Below, piece by piece: positions 48,275 through 60,225 of a stretch of DNA of 64,000 nt (its first letter is position 1; every line of letters begins with the position of its first letter). The notes beneath the pieces are model-generated. The model was not told where the DNA came from and did not search any database. It worked only from the letters and a program-made list of their open reading frames with translations. Origin of the DNA: Asterionella formosa. Lineage: Eukaryota. The translations under genes were made by a program, and so were the position numbers. Location: the NCBI GenBank assembly GCA_002256025.1, contig NKIB01013024.1, positions 1-64,000 of the forward strand. Reading direction: 5' to 3'.

Positions 48275-51200
48275 ATGTTGTCCCTCCGATATGGGCAACT
48301 CCGTCGCCGCACGTTCTATCCACCTAGTCTTTGTCACAATGCTGATCAAAAGTTGTGTCACAATGGTAAAAGTAACATCGACGAGTATCCACTTTTGAAC
48401 AAGGATTTTGGCAGCTCGGATACCTATGACATACCGGTATCTTTAGTGAGGTTGAATGCAGAGTCCTCGACAGCAGCTACTAGCAGGAGTGTGTCATCAG
48501 ATCCCCCAAAGATCTATTCTGAAGGGTCTGCTGAGACTATTAAGAACTTAAGTTTGGGACTTGCCGTTGTGCCTTCAACTTTCGCCCCTAACGATATCAT
48601 TGTCACAGAGTCGTCCTCGGATGTCAAGAAAAGGTTGGAATATGTGCCGTCATCGGATCCACCAACTAAATACGAGGTGAAAACTGAGTCCGAACGAGGA
48701 AGGTCAACGTTCAGGATTGGACGAAGGTATTTCAAAAAGGATACGCATTCTGTCGAACTTTCGCATTCGGACCTGCACACTCCAACTACAACAAAGGAAG
48801 TTATCGTCGCATCAGATATGCTGTCAATCTTGAAGAAGAATTCAGATTCCACTAAGAAAGCTGAGAATAGTAATGTGGCATCACATCCTTCGACGAACAG
48901 TTCTGCTGACAGGACCAAGATTGTTGGAAGGGTAATGCAATGCACGAATGTATGGGAGGATATCTCGGTCACCTCGGTCACTGAGTCATCAATTCTTGCC
49001 AAGACAAGCTATGGCAACAATGCAGATTCCTCAATGGACACTGAGAATTGTGTTATGGCTTCACTACCTTCAAAGAGCAGTTATGCTGATAATATTGCTG
49101 AGAGTTCTACGAATGTGGGAATGGTCACCGAGTCATCAATGATTGCCGAAAGAAGCTTTGGTATAAATACATATTCCTCAATTGAAGCTGAGAACCGTAC
49201 CGTGGCCTCACTTCCTTTGAAAAACAGTCATGCTGTCACTGCCAAGAGTACTACGAGTTTGGGAAGGGTAGTGCATCCTACGAGTGTATCCAAGGATATC
49301 TTGTTCACAGAGGCAACAATGATTGTCGAGACAAGTTTGGTACCTGAGCCATCGACGACTACATCTGCTGAAGTTGACATAGGTAGCACCCCCAAAGGAC
49401 GAAGATCCAATTCGATTGGACGTCGTCGATGGTTACGAAGGGGTGTACAAGACGAGCGTTTGACATCTACCAAGTTGGACGGCAGCGATTCCACAGGTGA
49501 AACTGTCGCTCTCCCTGAACTGGATCCGGAGCTGACGACAATGACTACTACTAATAACAGCGTTGATGGTATTCCAACAAAACCTACGAGAATGTCAAAT
49601 ACAAGCGGACCTTTTGATGCGTCTCTACTCCATTCAAAGGCACATGTGTTATCATCAGATTTGCCTCTTGCTTGCTCGTCTACGTTGAGTCACTTGCAAC
49701 AAGGAATTTCACGAAGCAAGTCTCTCTCACGCCTTCCATCCAAAGTTGCAAGGGAAAGGCACTTTGTCGGGAACATTCGATCCTCGTCCTTGGATCGCAT
49801 TATGTCGAAAATGGAACAATCAGAGCAAAACTCACTCGCCGAGGATGTTGTGAACGATGTGGCAGCCACATTACAACACATGCAGAGTGAGCTTGAGAGA
49901 GCTACCAACCAGGGAAAGCGAGTCTCAAGGGAACATGTGATTGGGGCTTTGCAAAATGTAATGGGCAAATTGAATGCTGCTGAATATGATAGCCGCAACG
50001 AAATGGCACTAGACGGGTGTGACACAAGTTTCGTAATTGCAGATTCGCGAGCCTCCAAAATCTCCGTTGTAAACCCCAAGTCGCCATGGGTAGAAAAGAC
50101 TTTACAATCTGACGAATCCGTCTCAGATGCTTCATCGGGGACATGCGGCACCAGTAAAACCTCATTGCAAGGAGTGTCGTGGTGGAGAAATAGTCCCAAG
50201 GAAAGGCCAAGCTTAGTACATTATTTGTCGCGGGACCAAGATCGGTTAGCTTGGGATTCCTTGTTCAGTGACCTTATCTACCCTTTCCAGCCCATTGTTC
50301 TCTCACCCTGTGATGTAACTGAAGTGGACGATACTACGAGGAAGACAAAGGTTTTGCGATCAAACACGAAAACCAGTTCAGGATACAGGTGGGATGAGTT
50401 TAATTCAGTTCTAATTGACCTGGCATCACAATTCGATTGCCTTCACTCTGTGGTTCCTCAAAAGGTCAAGAAGTGTCGATCAATCAAACAACGGAAACGT
50501 CCACGTACGTGGTCACAAAAGGTGCGGAGAATATTATTCAAGACAAAGGCGAAACAGGGAGGAAAGAATTTTAGACCTTCGGGTTCAGCTAATATTACGC
50601 AGAAACAAAAATCGCCAAAAAGGGACGTTCTCAGTGTTCGAATTGCGAATGTAAACTCGAACGGAATCTCAAATCAACAGCAAGCCATTACCCCGGGCAA
50701 TGCCAATATTCCCATTGCGAAGCAAATAGCTGCTTGTTCGTCCGAAGCGGCAAAAGCAACCAGTCATGAGCCAGCAGCTGAAAATGAAACTCCAAACGAC
50801 TCTAGTGTGTCGACACCTTCCAATGATGTTGAAATTGTCTATCAGCAATCGCAGCAAGGAAACATCAGCAATCATAATTTGCCGTGGGTGGTCATTGTGC
50901 AAAAAGTGACTGCAACCACGGTATCGAGCAACGAATCAGTGCATGAAATTTTAACAAAACCCTCAACTCGTAATGGCGACAAAACGGTGCCGGTGGACTT
51001 GGAAAGCTTGCGAAGCAAGACCTTAAAGTGGGCAGAAACAGAGAACATAATTAGTGGTTCGGATGGCTTGCCACTATGTTCTGTGGCATTTGAAAGGAAG
51101 AGGAAGGGTAAACCCCGCAACCGAGCCTTTCGTGCGCTCAAGTCATTTCAAAAGAAGATTGTGAATGCCGCAATGTCAAGTGCTGTGATGCAGCCAAAGA

Positions 51201-51718
51201 GCATGGCGAGAAGTACTTCGAACATGAATGGGCTCTCCAATCGTGGCTTCTTTGGAAGGTCTTTCAGGCGCAATTCGATGAGGTTAGACAATCCTATTCC
51301 AATCACCAACATGGTAGCGTTGTCAACACCACCAGGGCCTCCTATTTCCTCATCACCAGATCGAGAAAGTCGTCTCAAATACAATTGCAACGAAGATATT
51401 GAGGACTTCTTCCTAAATCCCTGCCACAGTGCTGGAGACAAGATAGTCAATTTCTTTGCTGATGATTTGTGCACAGCAGTAAGACCATCATCGAGAAGAA
51501 ATAACAATGCTATGCCAAATCAACCCATTGACAAAGGGATTAATGGAGATGACGTCGGTTCTGTGTCACAATCTAGTGAAACTACATCCTCCTCCCAGTC
51601 TGAGTCTGCCCCTCGCCAACATAAGAAGAGTAAGCCTCGAAATATCCGAGCTTTTCTAGTACTGAAGTCATTCCGAAAGAGGAAAGGGTTTGCAGATAGG
51701 CAAAGCCATGTGTTATAA
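48275..51718 (+). CDS. Hypothetical Ser/Thr-rich disordered protein, family member 3 (1147 aa)
   Basis: 3.4-kb uninterrupted ORF; inverted paralogue of 34669..37986. Confidence 0.92.
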   Translation: MLSLRYGQLRRRTFYPPSLCHNADQKLCHNGKSNIDEYPLLNKDFGSSDTYDIPVSLVRLNAESSTAATSRSVSSDPPKIYSEGSAETIKNLSLGLAVVPSTFAPNDIIVTESSSDVKKRLEYVPSSDPPTKYEVKTESERGRSTFRIGRRYFKKDTHSVELSHSDLHTPTTTKEVIVASDMLSILKKNSDSTKKAENSNVASHPSTNSSADRTKIVGRVMQCTNVWEDISVTSVTESSILAKTSYGNNADSSMDTENCVMASLPSKSSYADNIAESSTNVGMVTESSMIAERSFGINTYSSIEAENRTVASLPLKNSHAVTAKSTTSLGRVVHPTSVSKDILFTEATMIVETSLVPEPSTTTSAEVDIGSTPKGRRSNSIGRRRWLRRGVQDERLTSTKLDGSDSTGETVALPELDPELTTMTTTNNSVDGIPTKPTRMSNTSGPFDASLLHSKAHVLSSDLPLACSSTLSHLQQGISRSKSLSRLPSKVARERHFVGNIRSSSLDRIMSKMEQSEQNSLAEDVVNDVAATLQHMQSELERATNQGKRVSREHVIGALQNVMGKLNAAEYDSRNEMALDGCDTSFVIADSRASKISVVNPKSPWVEKTLQSDESVSDASSGTCGTSKTSLQGVSWWRNSPKERPSLVHYLSRDQDRLAWDSLFSDLIYPFQPIVLSPCDVTEVDDTTRKTKVLRSNTKTSSGYRWDEFNSVLIDLASQFDCLHSVVPQKVKKCRSIKQRKRPRTWSQKVRRILFKTKAKQGGKNFRPSGSANITQKQKSPKRDVLSVRIANVNSNGISNQQQAITPGNANIPIAKQIAACSSEAAKATSHEPAAENETPNDSSVSTPSNDVEIVYQQSQQGNISNHNLPWVVIVQKVTATTVSSNESVHEILTKPSTRNGDKTVPVDLESLRSKTLKWAETENIISGSDGLPLCSVAFERKRKGKPRNRAFRALKSFQKKIVNAAMSSAVMQPKSMARSTSNMNGLSNRGFFGRSFRRNSMRLDNPIPITNMVALSTPPGPPISSSPDRESRLKYNCNEDIEDFFLNPCHSAGDKIVNFFADDLCTAVRPSSRRNNNAMPNQPIDKGINGDDVGSVSQSSETTSSSQSESAPRQHKKSKPRNIRAFLVLKSFRKRKGFADRQSHVL

Positions 51719-52723
51719 CCAGCAATAATGTTTGAAAACCAAAAAAACCATTTGTATTGGGCATCATGGCATTTTTATATAAGGTCATGGCTGTGATTCG
51801 CAGTTTGTAAACCGTCAAATTTTTTGCTGATGCAAAATTTTTGATGTTGTAATTACTTTTTGATACAGTTTGGATGACCGATGCCATTTCTTTGCTCTGG
51901 CTGTATTGTGAGAAGTTGAAGACATTATGCAGTTTTATTCACTTGCCAAGTTTTTCACATAGAATTTTCACAAATTTACATGAACTGGATTAATTTAAAA
52001 ATGCATTTTTCTCGCAGCAGTTGTACTTCATAGTCAAACATGCATTCAGGAAAGTATCTAATTATCAGTTGTTTTGGTGTAACCATGACTTCTTCATCCT
52101 GGTTTGAACTGGCTTACAGTAGTATCTTCCTTCAAAGAGCTAATGTCATATCATTTCTACTGTGTTATATTTTTTAACTTGAAATTTGATGTTAGTTTCA
52201 ATCTTGCCAAATTACTTGGTCTCAAAAATCTTACTTTCTTGGACTTGTTCTTCACCTCAATCCACTCTTTCTTATTGGTCGATTTTGAAAAATTCTTAAT
52301 TCCAATCATTTCAGTCTTAGAAGTTTTCTTGCATGTTGGACTCCATCTGTAGAAATGCTATTTCATTTACAAATCCCACTGTTATTTTCCTGAACTGACC
52401 TTCTTGTTCTTGTTCCATGGAATTCTTCATGACTATTGGTCATGCAGAATGTGCAGTCATTGCAAATTAGTTGTACTAGTGGTGAGATGATAACAGTAAT
52501 TGTTTATCCTCAACATCCACCCTCCAACATTCAAGATTCTCATTACTTATCCTTGCTGGCTGCTTTATGGTGTGCAACTTCTCTGGACAGTTTTTGTTCA
52601 GTGTGCCAGCTGAGTTCTCTTCCAATCATACAAACTGTATCATCAAATATCCTTGATCTTCAAGTGCTCAGATGAAATGTGCCCTAACACCAATATGTTT
52701 TGTCTGTGCACCCACATGTTGGT

Positions 52724-52956
52724 CCTTATTTTTTTCAATTAAATTTTATAGTACATCAAAGCTATCCAATAATTGCACTCAGGCCCCCACAAATAAATGG
52801 ACACACTTAGTACCAGTTTTATTTTTCCATAAGGTACAACAGGAGCTGTCAGCGGCACCCCTGGAACCATAGGGACTGCATGAAAAAGACAGGTGGAGAA
52901 TGCAGGAGTCAAACCCGCCACTGCAGAAGGTTGTGCTAACCACAAAACCATTCCCC
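52724..52956 (-). mobile_element. SINE family 1 copy
   Basis: Reverse complement reads GGGGAATGGTTTTGTGG...GGTTTGACTCCTGCATTCTCCA; flanked by CACATGTTGG (52713 and 52958). Confidence 0.85.
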
Positions 52957-53147
52957 TCACATGTTGGGGTTCTTTACCAAATAGATAGCTCCTAAATTGT
53001 CTTGTCTTCATTTACACACCCAACCAATTTCTCCTTGTTTGGATATTAGATCAATTCTTCAAGTAGCATGGATATGAACTTGTTCTCACAGCCATGCTCC
53101 TTTTGCCAAAATGATATACTCCGCTTCTGTGCTTAAGATTTTAACTA

Positions 53148-53383
53148 CAAAAAATGTCAATATAATTTTATAGTACATTAAAGCTATCCAATAATTGCAC
53201 TTGGGCCCAAATAAATGGACACAATTATTACCAGTTTTATCCTTCTGTATGGTACAATGGGACCTGCCTTTTCGTCAGCCTCACACCCCGGAACCCTAGG
53301 AACTACATAAAAAAGACAGGTGGACAATGCAAAAATTGAACCCGCCACTGCAGAAGGGTGTGGTAACCAGTAAGCTATTCCCC
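53148..53383 (-). mobile_element. SINE family 1 copy
   Basis: Reverse complement reads GGGGAATAGCTTACTGG...GGTTCAATT; degenerate TSD TGCTTAA.A.T.T.ACTA (53130 and 53388). Confidence 0.85.
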
Positions 53384-54982
53384 TGGCTGCTTAACAATAT
53401 GACTAGGCACTACATGTTGTGTCTGTGACTCCCAGTTCACCAATGTACCACTGATTATATGTTGACCAGATGAAATGCTCTTCCTGTCATAAATATTCTG
53501 TGTTTAGTCTGAGTCTACAAATGATATAGGCCTCAGATCCTTTGGGCTCCAATAGGTCAACCATCATATTATCTTGCTTTAATGTGTCCAAGATGTCTTT
53601 CAAGAGTTTTACAGTGCTCCTTGCCTGGGTTTGACAGATGTTGCGCCAACACTTGTGCAAGGTTTGCCAGATCTGGTGCCAACTTTATCATCAGATGATA
53701 CATTACCCTCACAACCATAGAACAATATTCCATCATTTTTACTGGTTCTCTTTGATTCTTCCTGAGGAACTTGTTTGGATACTAGTATCCTGGTGTCTCT
53801 GCTGACTCCTTATCATTCTTCCCAATAATATTTTCGAATGATTCAACAATTTCAACCTCCAACTTTGTCATACCAGCCACAATATAGATTTCACCATTTT
53901 TATTCAAGTTTTGCTTTCATACCATATGCCAAGATGCTTCTTCAATCTTCCCAAATCCGAAATATTAAACCTCTTCTGCAATTCCAACTTGAACTTTCAA
54001 TTGTTGAATTCTTTCCAAAGAGTAAAACATCATCAACATGTACCACAGCAATCAGAATAACTTCATCCACTTTACTTTCCCAGTAATATAAACATGGATC
54101 CACCAAGCTCTCTTTGTCATTTTTGTTTCCTTTGTTAAGTGTTTGCTCAGTTTCTTTGTGAAAAGTCTTGGGGCATGATTGATTCCACCATACATGGCAA
54201 CTCTTGTCAGCTTTGTGCAAAACTTCTTCTGTTCTTCTTCTGTGATAAATCCAAGTTCCACTGCACCTTCCGGCCATTCTGGATTCAAGGTTCTGTGTTT
54301 AAGAATGCTGCCTCCCTTCTTCATTCTAGTGATATAAAGTTGCAGAAATTGCTGCTGTCCTGACTGTTGTGTCTGTCATTGCAACTGGCAAAAAAGATTC
54401 AGTGTAGTCCACTTTGGTGTTGTACAGACAAGGAGATGGTGGATTACACCAATAGATTGTCAAACCTGTCATTGGTGTGTTGCAATCATTATTGTTTTGC
54501 AGGTATCAATGTATGTGTGTTGTTTGTTGTCCTTTTTCAATTTCTTCTTTTCGCCCTTTCAGAGAGCGAGGCTGTGGTTCTAGTAATAACAAACTGTAAA
54601 GGCAGATCAGCAGGGCATGAAGAATGGTGGAAGAGTGGCTGGGGCAAACAGTGAAGAGACATGAAGTTTGATAATGTGTAAAATTATATGTAAAAGCGCA
54701 CAGGATGTTTTTTTGGCATACATGGTTGAATCAATATATATAGTGTATTGTTCTCTTGTGACTTCTTTCTGAAATCGTCTGAAGTTCTTGACTGACACAG
54801 CTGACGCATTGATATATAACTACCGGTATGAATAAATGAATGAGCAATGTGTCTCTATACCGGCGAGAATTGCATAGCGTACAAGAAGGAGGTGGCAACC
54901 AAACAGCAAAGCAAGCCTTGACGACAATATCAGGTCAAAAGATGATCATGACGCCGGAGCCTCGTTGCCCAGAGAATACAAC

Positions 54983-56266
54983 ATGGAAAATCATCATATC
55001 GAAATGCCACAACAGGAAGGTGCTTCCAATTCCACTTCAGGTTTGAATCCTCCTATTGATGCATCGGTTGAAAGCGTCTTGGACATACAAGGTATACCGG
55101 TAGTGAGAGCGCAGTTGCTTGTCGTCGAAGGAACGACAGCGAAGGAACGCTCAAAATATCCAGTGATTTGGATAACACTATTCGTCCTTGTTCTTGCCGG
55201 AGTGATTGCAGGAACTCTGGCCCCCTTACTAAAAAGATGTTGCGATAGCACAAACGCACCATCACACACTCCGACATTAGCCCCGTCCAAAGATCCTCCT
55301 TACCCAGGGAACCTTAACTGGACAATCGGGCAACAAATTTCTTTGATAGCTCCTGGAGATTACCATGTTCTGGGTATTATTCCAGATCCAGAGCTTTTCA
55401 TCGAAATAACGAATCGAACCAATGTCAATTTCACAGTTTTTACATTTGCAACAGGCAAGATTGATAATGTTGACATTTCCATCATCACTAAATTCGTGAC
55501 GACCCTCTGGAACGGCCACTCAGTAAGTAATAGAAAGGAAAGCGAAATAATTAATTATCCCTTGCTTGCCACCATCCTCCCTCACTCTCCTTTTGTACAA
55601 ACAACAAAGCTCGACTTTTTGCTAAGTTTCACAATTGAAGGCATTGTCTTGTCCGCTGATGACCTCTATGATGGCCTCGTTCTGACTTCAATGGCTCGAT
55701 ATCCACTAGAATTCAACCTTAATCCAACTCGAGTTAATGATGTTACAATTGTCGAAAGCACTCAATACTATCGGAATGGAGTCATGATATTCATCTCTGG
55801 ATTCCCTACCCCCTATATACCTTGGGTTGAGAAATCCCTTTATGATATTCTGATTGAAGCCAATATTCGACGAGGTGGTGATCTCTCCACCTTCATTTCA
55901 ATCGTGAATAATACAGTTGATTTTAAAAAGGAGTTGCAGGCACATGGAACTGGAGCAACAACTCTATTCGCTCCTACCAATGAGAATTTATCCACATCCA
56001 TGGGTAACCTCACCATCTTTCTTAACAATCACATTGCTGTTGGTAACGTTGCAACACGAGCTTGGAAGACAATCCCCACTGGTATTATTTTGAATGACAC
56101 GCACTTGAGTTTGGAAACGTTTGGTGGAACTACTTTAGTGCTGGCCATGACGCAACCGAATATCACCATCAATGGCGATGCAACAATCATTGAATCTGAC
56201 CTATTCTCCGAATTTGGAATAGTGCATATTATTGACAAGCCGATTATAAGTGCCGCTCAAAAATGA
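54983..56266 (+). CDS. Fasciclin (FAS1) domain protein with N-terminal membrane anchor
   Basis: TM segment VIWITLFVLVLAGVIAGTLAPLL, a Pro/Thr linker, and FAS1 motifs TTLFAPTN and GIVHIIDKPI; first ATG at 54983. Confidence 0.85.
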   Translation: MENHHIEMPQQEGASNSTSGLNPPIDASVESVLDIQGIPVVRAQLLVVEGTTAKERSKYPVIWITLFVLVLAGVIAGTLAPLLKRCCDSTNAPSHTPTLAPSKDPPYPGNLNWTIGQQISLIAPGDYHVLGIIPDPELFIEITNRTNVNFTVFTFATGKIDNVDISIITKFVTTLWNGHSVSNRKESEIINYPLLATILPHSPFVQTTKLDFLLSFTIEGIVLSADDLYDGLVLTSMARYPLEFNLNPTRVNDVTIVESTQYYRNGVMIFISGFPTPYIPWVEKSLYDILIEANIRRGGDLSTFISIVNNTVDFKKELQAHGTGATTLFAPTNENLSTSMGNLTIFLNNHIAVGNVATRAWKTIPTGIILNDTHLSLETFGGTTLVLAMTQPNITINGDATIIESDLFSEFGIVHIIDKPIISAAQK

Positions 56267-56328
56267 AACAATGTTTATCCGTTATGCACAACGAAGCACC
56301 GACTGTGATCTATAAAGCACTATTAAAA

Positions 56329-57240
56329 TTAATTGGCTGGTGGGTGCTTATAGTAAAATGTTTTTTTCTTCATCAATTCACCATTCAAAAAATCCTTGGG
56401 GGCTTCATAATCTTCCATTGAAAATCCCGCCCTAATCCCCAGCGGCTTCCCATTCTTAATCCACGCCGCTACCATTCCCGTTCTCACTGTCCAAGGTCCA
56501 GGTCCATCCTTTGCGGATTCAACAATGTATTGAAAGGGTTGGTCGGTTCTGACTTTTCCACCAGCACATTCACAAATTTGATGTTTTATTTTTTGGCAGA
56601 GAACAGGTGTTGACGGCACATGGTGCCTCACGGTAATGACAGGAAGCCCTGTCTCCTCCCGTATACTCCTTGCTTTTTCTGTCAAAAGTTCTTCTCGGTA
56701 CTTGGCATGCGTATGCTTTCCCCATGGCACTTGCCATCGAATGCCATGTGCCTAGCGGGTGGCATGGATCCCGTACCGTTTGACTTGTTCGGGGGTATTG
56801 GACAATTTGTGTTTCAATACTGGTAGTTGTGTTACTACATTGATACCAGAATTGAACATTCCAGAACAAAGCCTAAGTTGCATTCAATGACAGGTATGGT
56901 GGGTCGGAAGTGGGCACAAGTGTCCAATCCGTAAATGGCGTGTTGTTGTGTCTCCAATGTGGTCCTATATTTTGTGCCCAGGTGGGCAAATTCTGTCATG
57001 GACAGAGTTATTCCAGCATCTTTGAATATCGTTACAAAGTGTGTTTTTTGTCACTGTCATTTAATTTGATTGGTGGGACAAGAGGGAATGGTACAAGTGG
57101 CGATTTTCTTGAACGGCGTTAAGAAATAAACGTTTCCAGCCAGCATGGATAATATTCCCACAAAGGAAACTGAACCTAGAATGAAGTTGCCAGATAGTTT
57201 ACAAATTGGCTCCTCACCGGCCTGAGTTGTTCCGTAAGCT
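56329..57240 (-). pseudogene. Sulfotransferase-like diatom family pseudogene
   Basis: GMFNSGINVVTQL...*AHGIRWQVPWGKHTHAKYR...LPVITVR, with in-frame stops and frameshifts. Confidence 0.5.
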
Positions 57241-57539
57241 GGGAATTGCTATTGGGGTCTAAGCTACTGAAAGTAGACTGCCGGTTTTATACAGAATGAT
57301 GGATTTTGGTGATGTAACCATGATTTCATGTATTTTAAGTATATGGAACCTGTAACAACTCAATGATTAATAATACTCCATTTGTACCGGTATGTTATTA
57401 CCATGATTATTTTTATCTGAATTTTGTATTTGCTTTACATGCATGTATGATGTATCTAAATTACAAGAACCACCTGGTACTGGTATCAGGTGCTGTGTAT
57501 AGTGTGGCATAAATACAGGTACCGGTATCATGCATTACC

Positions 57540-58300
57540 ATTACATAGCCCTTCAGGACAATCCTGCTCTTGAGCCTTTGAGAAACCAGGTTTTTCTGCT
57601 ACCACTGTGGACATTATTTGTTCTTTTTCTGGGTAGCTTTTGCTCATGCACAGCTGTCACACACCAACATCTTTCCAAATGGTATGATGTCATTTGCATG
57701 CAGCATTTTTTCCACTCTTTTTTCAGTTGCATGCCCAAATTTTGTGTGTGCCTCATTAATGTCCATTACTTATCTCTCTTGTTTCTTTCTCATTTCATCA
57801 TGATTTTTCATTTCTTCAATATTGTAGACCTCTTTTGCTCCAACAACACACTGTGCAATCAGATAAGTCATACCATTGATTCCTGTCTTAAACTCATGAT
57901 ACCACCAGACTCATTAAATATCTTGGATCCTTCTTTTCCAGCCACAAAGCAACTCGTTTCCTCTCTCTGTCAACCTGCCAACACATATCAAATTTAGAGC
58001 AAAACCAGGAACAACCAGCACTTTTTCCAATTTCAGTGTTTTCCTTCTTGTATCCTTCTGCTCCAGAGTCAAATCACCAATCACTGTTGCCTTAAGGGTT
58101 TCATTGTTTCCAACCCTCACATGCTCACCTTCAGTTGCAGTCTACAAATTACTCTTTTTTGATGGACACATGGGTTGTTACCCCTGAGTCAACAAACCAG
58201 CTTTCATGTCCACTCTCTGTGACAGGGCTCATGGTTTTTCGAGAATTTTTCGCCAAAACTTCCTCATCATCCCACATCCATTCTGCTCCATGGCTTGTTA
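57540..58300 (-). pseudogene. Copia protease/pre-integrase relic
   Basis: SWFVDSGVTTH and VRVGNNETLKATVIGDLTL...LEKVLVVPGFALNLICVGRL. Confidence 0.75.
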
Positions 58301-58329
58301 GATCCATCTGCTAAATAAATTTTTTCTCA

Positions 58330-58845
58330 TCAACAATTCTGTTCACATTTTTGTTGACAGGCATTACCCAATTACAATGGAATGTCAAGTGAAGGTGATG
58401 CCTCAACTTTTTGCCATATGACATCAGTGCACTGCCCCTACACCAATGAATTGAGGGTCTTGATGTTTTCATTGAGATAATTGATCCGCTTAACATATTC
58501 ATCTACTTGATTCTACCAGAGGCGCTCCTGGGTCCTGGTTCTTGCTCTGGATGGTGGGTCTGATGATGGCTCATTGATTTTGAGTAGCTCGAGGTTCTCC
58601 ACAGCAAGCTTGATGTCTGTACCATATTTGCATGTCCTTCCAACATATTCAGCGACTTTCTTGGTGGTCTTCACAAACAGATCTGACTGTCAGGCGTCTG
58701 AGCAGTCATAAATGTGGTCCTTGATGTCATCACATTTTCCTTCGAACTTTGTGTGTCTTGGCACCGTGTCTTTTGGTTTGGATTTACAGACCGGAAGGGT
58801 GGCTTCCCGCAGCCTTGTCTTTCCTTCTTCTGAGTTGCAGTGACG
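58330..58845 (-). pseudogene. CoDi-like copia gag N-terminal fragment
   Basis: KFEGKCDDIKDHIYDCSDA*QSDLFVKTTKKVAEYVGRTCKYG...VDEYVKR...ENIKTLNSLV*GQCTD. Confidence 0.7.
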
Positions 58846-58849
58846 CTAG

Positions 58850-59880
58850 CTAGTGCCGCTAGCTAATGCCGCCATCATTGGCAGCTGTGTCACCGGACAA
58901 AATGATCGCTCTACGTCCTTGCGTTGGGCATCTTGAACCATTGAAAAATGTGCACGCTTTTCACCCTGTGGTTCCGGAATTGTTTTGACAAAAATGTGCC
59001 AATCTGGATAGATGCCATCAACCAAATAGTAAGCTAGATTGTGCTCTTTGTTGTTGATTGTGAAACTGACAGCAGGAGTCCTTCCAGCTGTCAAATCCCG
59101 GAAAAACGGAGAACAATCCAAAATATTGAGATCATTGTTAGCACCTGGCATTCCAAACCATGATGCCTGCCAGAACCAAAGTCTACAACCAACATCAGCT
59201 TCCAAAGCAACAGTAGCCCCTCCATCTTTTCCTCGAAATGTTCCTCTGCAAGACTTGGGACAATTCTTCTATTCCCAATGCATCACTTTCAGTGAACCAA
59301 GAAGTCCTGGCCAAACCCTTTGCTTCATGGAAAAGTACAACCATTTCCATGTCATCCTTTGTAGGAGCTCGCAAACATTCTGTTCCATACCTGCTGATTT
59401 TTGAGTTACAAAACACTTTTGATTTGGGAGTTTAGTCGATTCAGATCTTGTGAGGTTATTCAGATGATTCGCCAAAGTTCCGTAAGCCAACATTCGAGGC
59501 GCTGAGGTTAACTTTTGATGTGGCGAAAAACCAACCAGACCCAAGGCATCTTTCTTCTGTTCAAATTATGGATTTGCCTCGACGAAATCTTCAAGAATCT
59601 TTTCAAATAAGGAGCGATGCATCCGGAAGCACCTCCTGAAATGTGCAGAAGAGTAGATTGGATTCTTGCTGCAATAGCTACTAGTTGTCCTTCAACAGCT
59701 TGTTGTTGTACTCTGCATGAAAGCGATTCATGTTAGTAGCCTTACCAACCTTGGAACCTCCTCCCCTATTTTGTCTTTTCTTTGCATCGTTCTCACCTCT
59801 TTGCTGACAATGCATCTTGTGGAAATGGTAGAGGTGATCATCATCAGATGAGTCGCTATCATTGCTCCTTGTTTCATTCT
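58850..59880 (-). pseudogene. PIF/Harbinger transposase pseudogene
   Basis: FRRCFRMHRSLF, RMLAYG, PGLLGSL..MHW, FGMPGANNDLNIL, YYLVDGIYP and QRKDVERSF. Confidence 0.9.
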
Positions 59881-60225
59881 GTGTTTATATAGCTATGTAG
59901 TATGTACCGCTATATCATCGATACACATATAAAGACAAAATAGCACTATTTCTATTTGCTAAAATTATGTGTGCAAAATTTGTCTTTTATAGGATTTGGT
60001 CAATGTGGTGGAAAAAAATGAATAATTTGACTATTGATAAAAAAAATTCTCGACTGGTGAGTGATGTGTTTTGATATTTTCAACTGCATTTGGCTTCGGT
60101 ATTTGGTCAATGCAGATGCTCTTATTATTCAGTAGTACATATGTAATACTGCATGCACTTACAATGGAATTTTTTGTACAGGAAATTCGACAACTAAATA
60201 TTGCCTCACAAGAAAGATTCTGATT

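Larger units (their letters stand above)
52060..54500 (-). pseudogene. Ty1/copia reverse transcriptase-RNase H relic
   Basis: YGGINHAPRLF, DPCLYY, VVHVDDVLLFG, LSTEAEY and TKHIGVRAHFI motifs; many stops; interrupted by two SINEs. Confidence 0.8.

Noticed and set aside
53240..53300. Hammerhead ribozyme core (CTGACGA on the minus strand) in a SINE body
   Set aside because: No stem II or correctly placed GAAA follows, and the motif is not conserved in the other copies.
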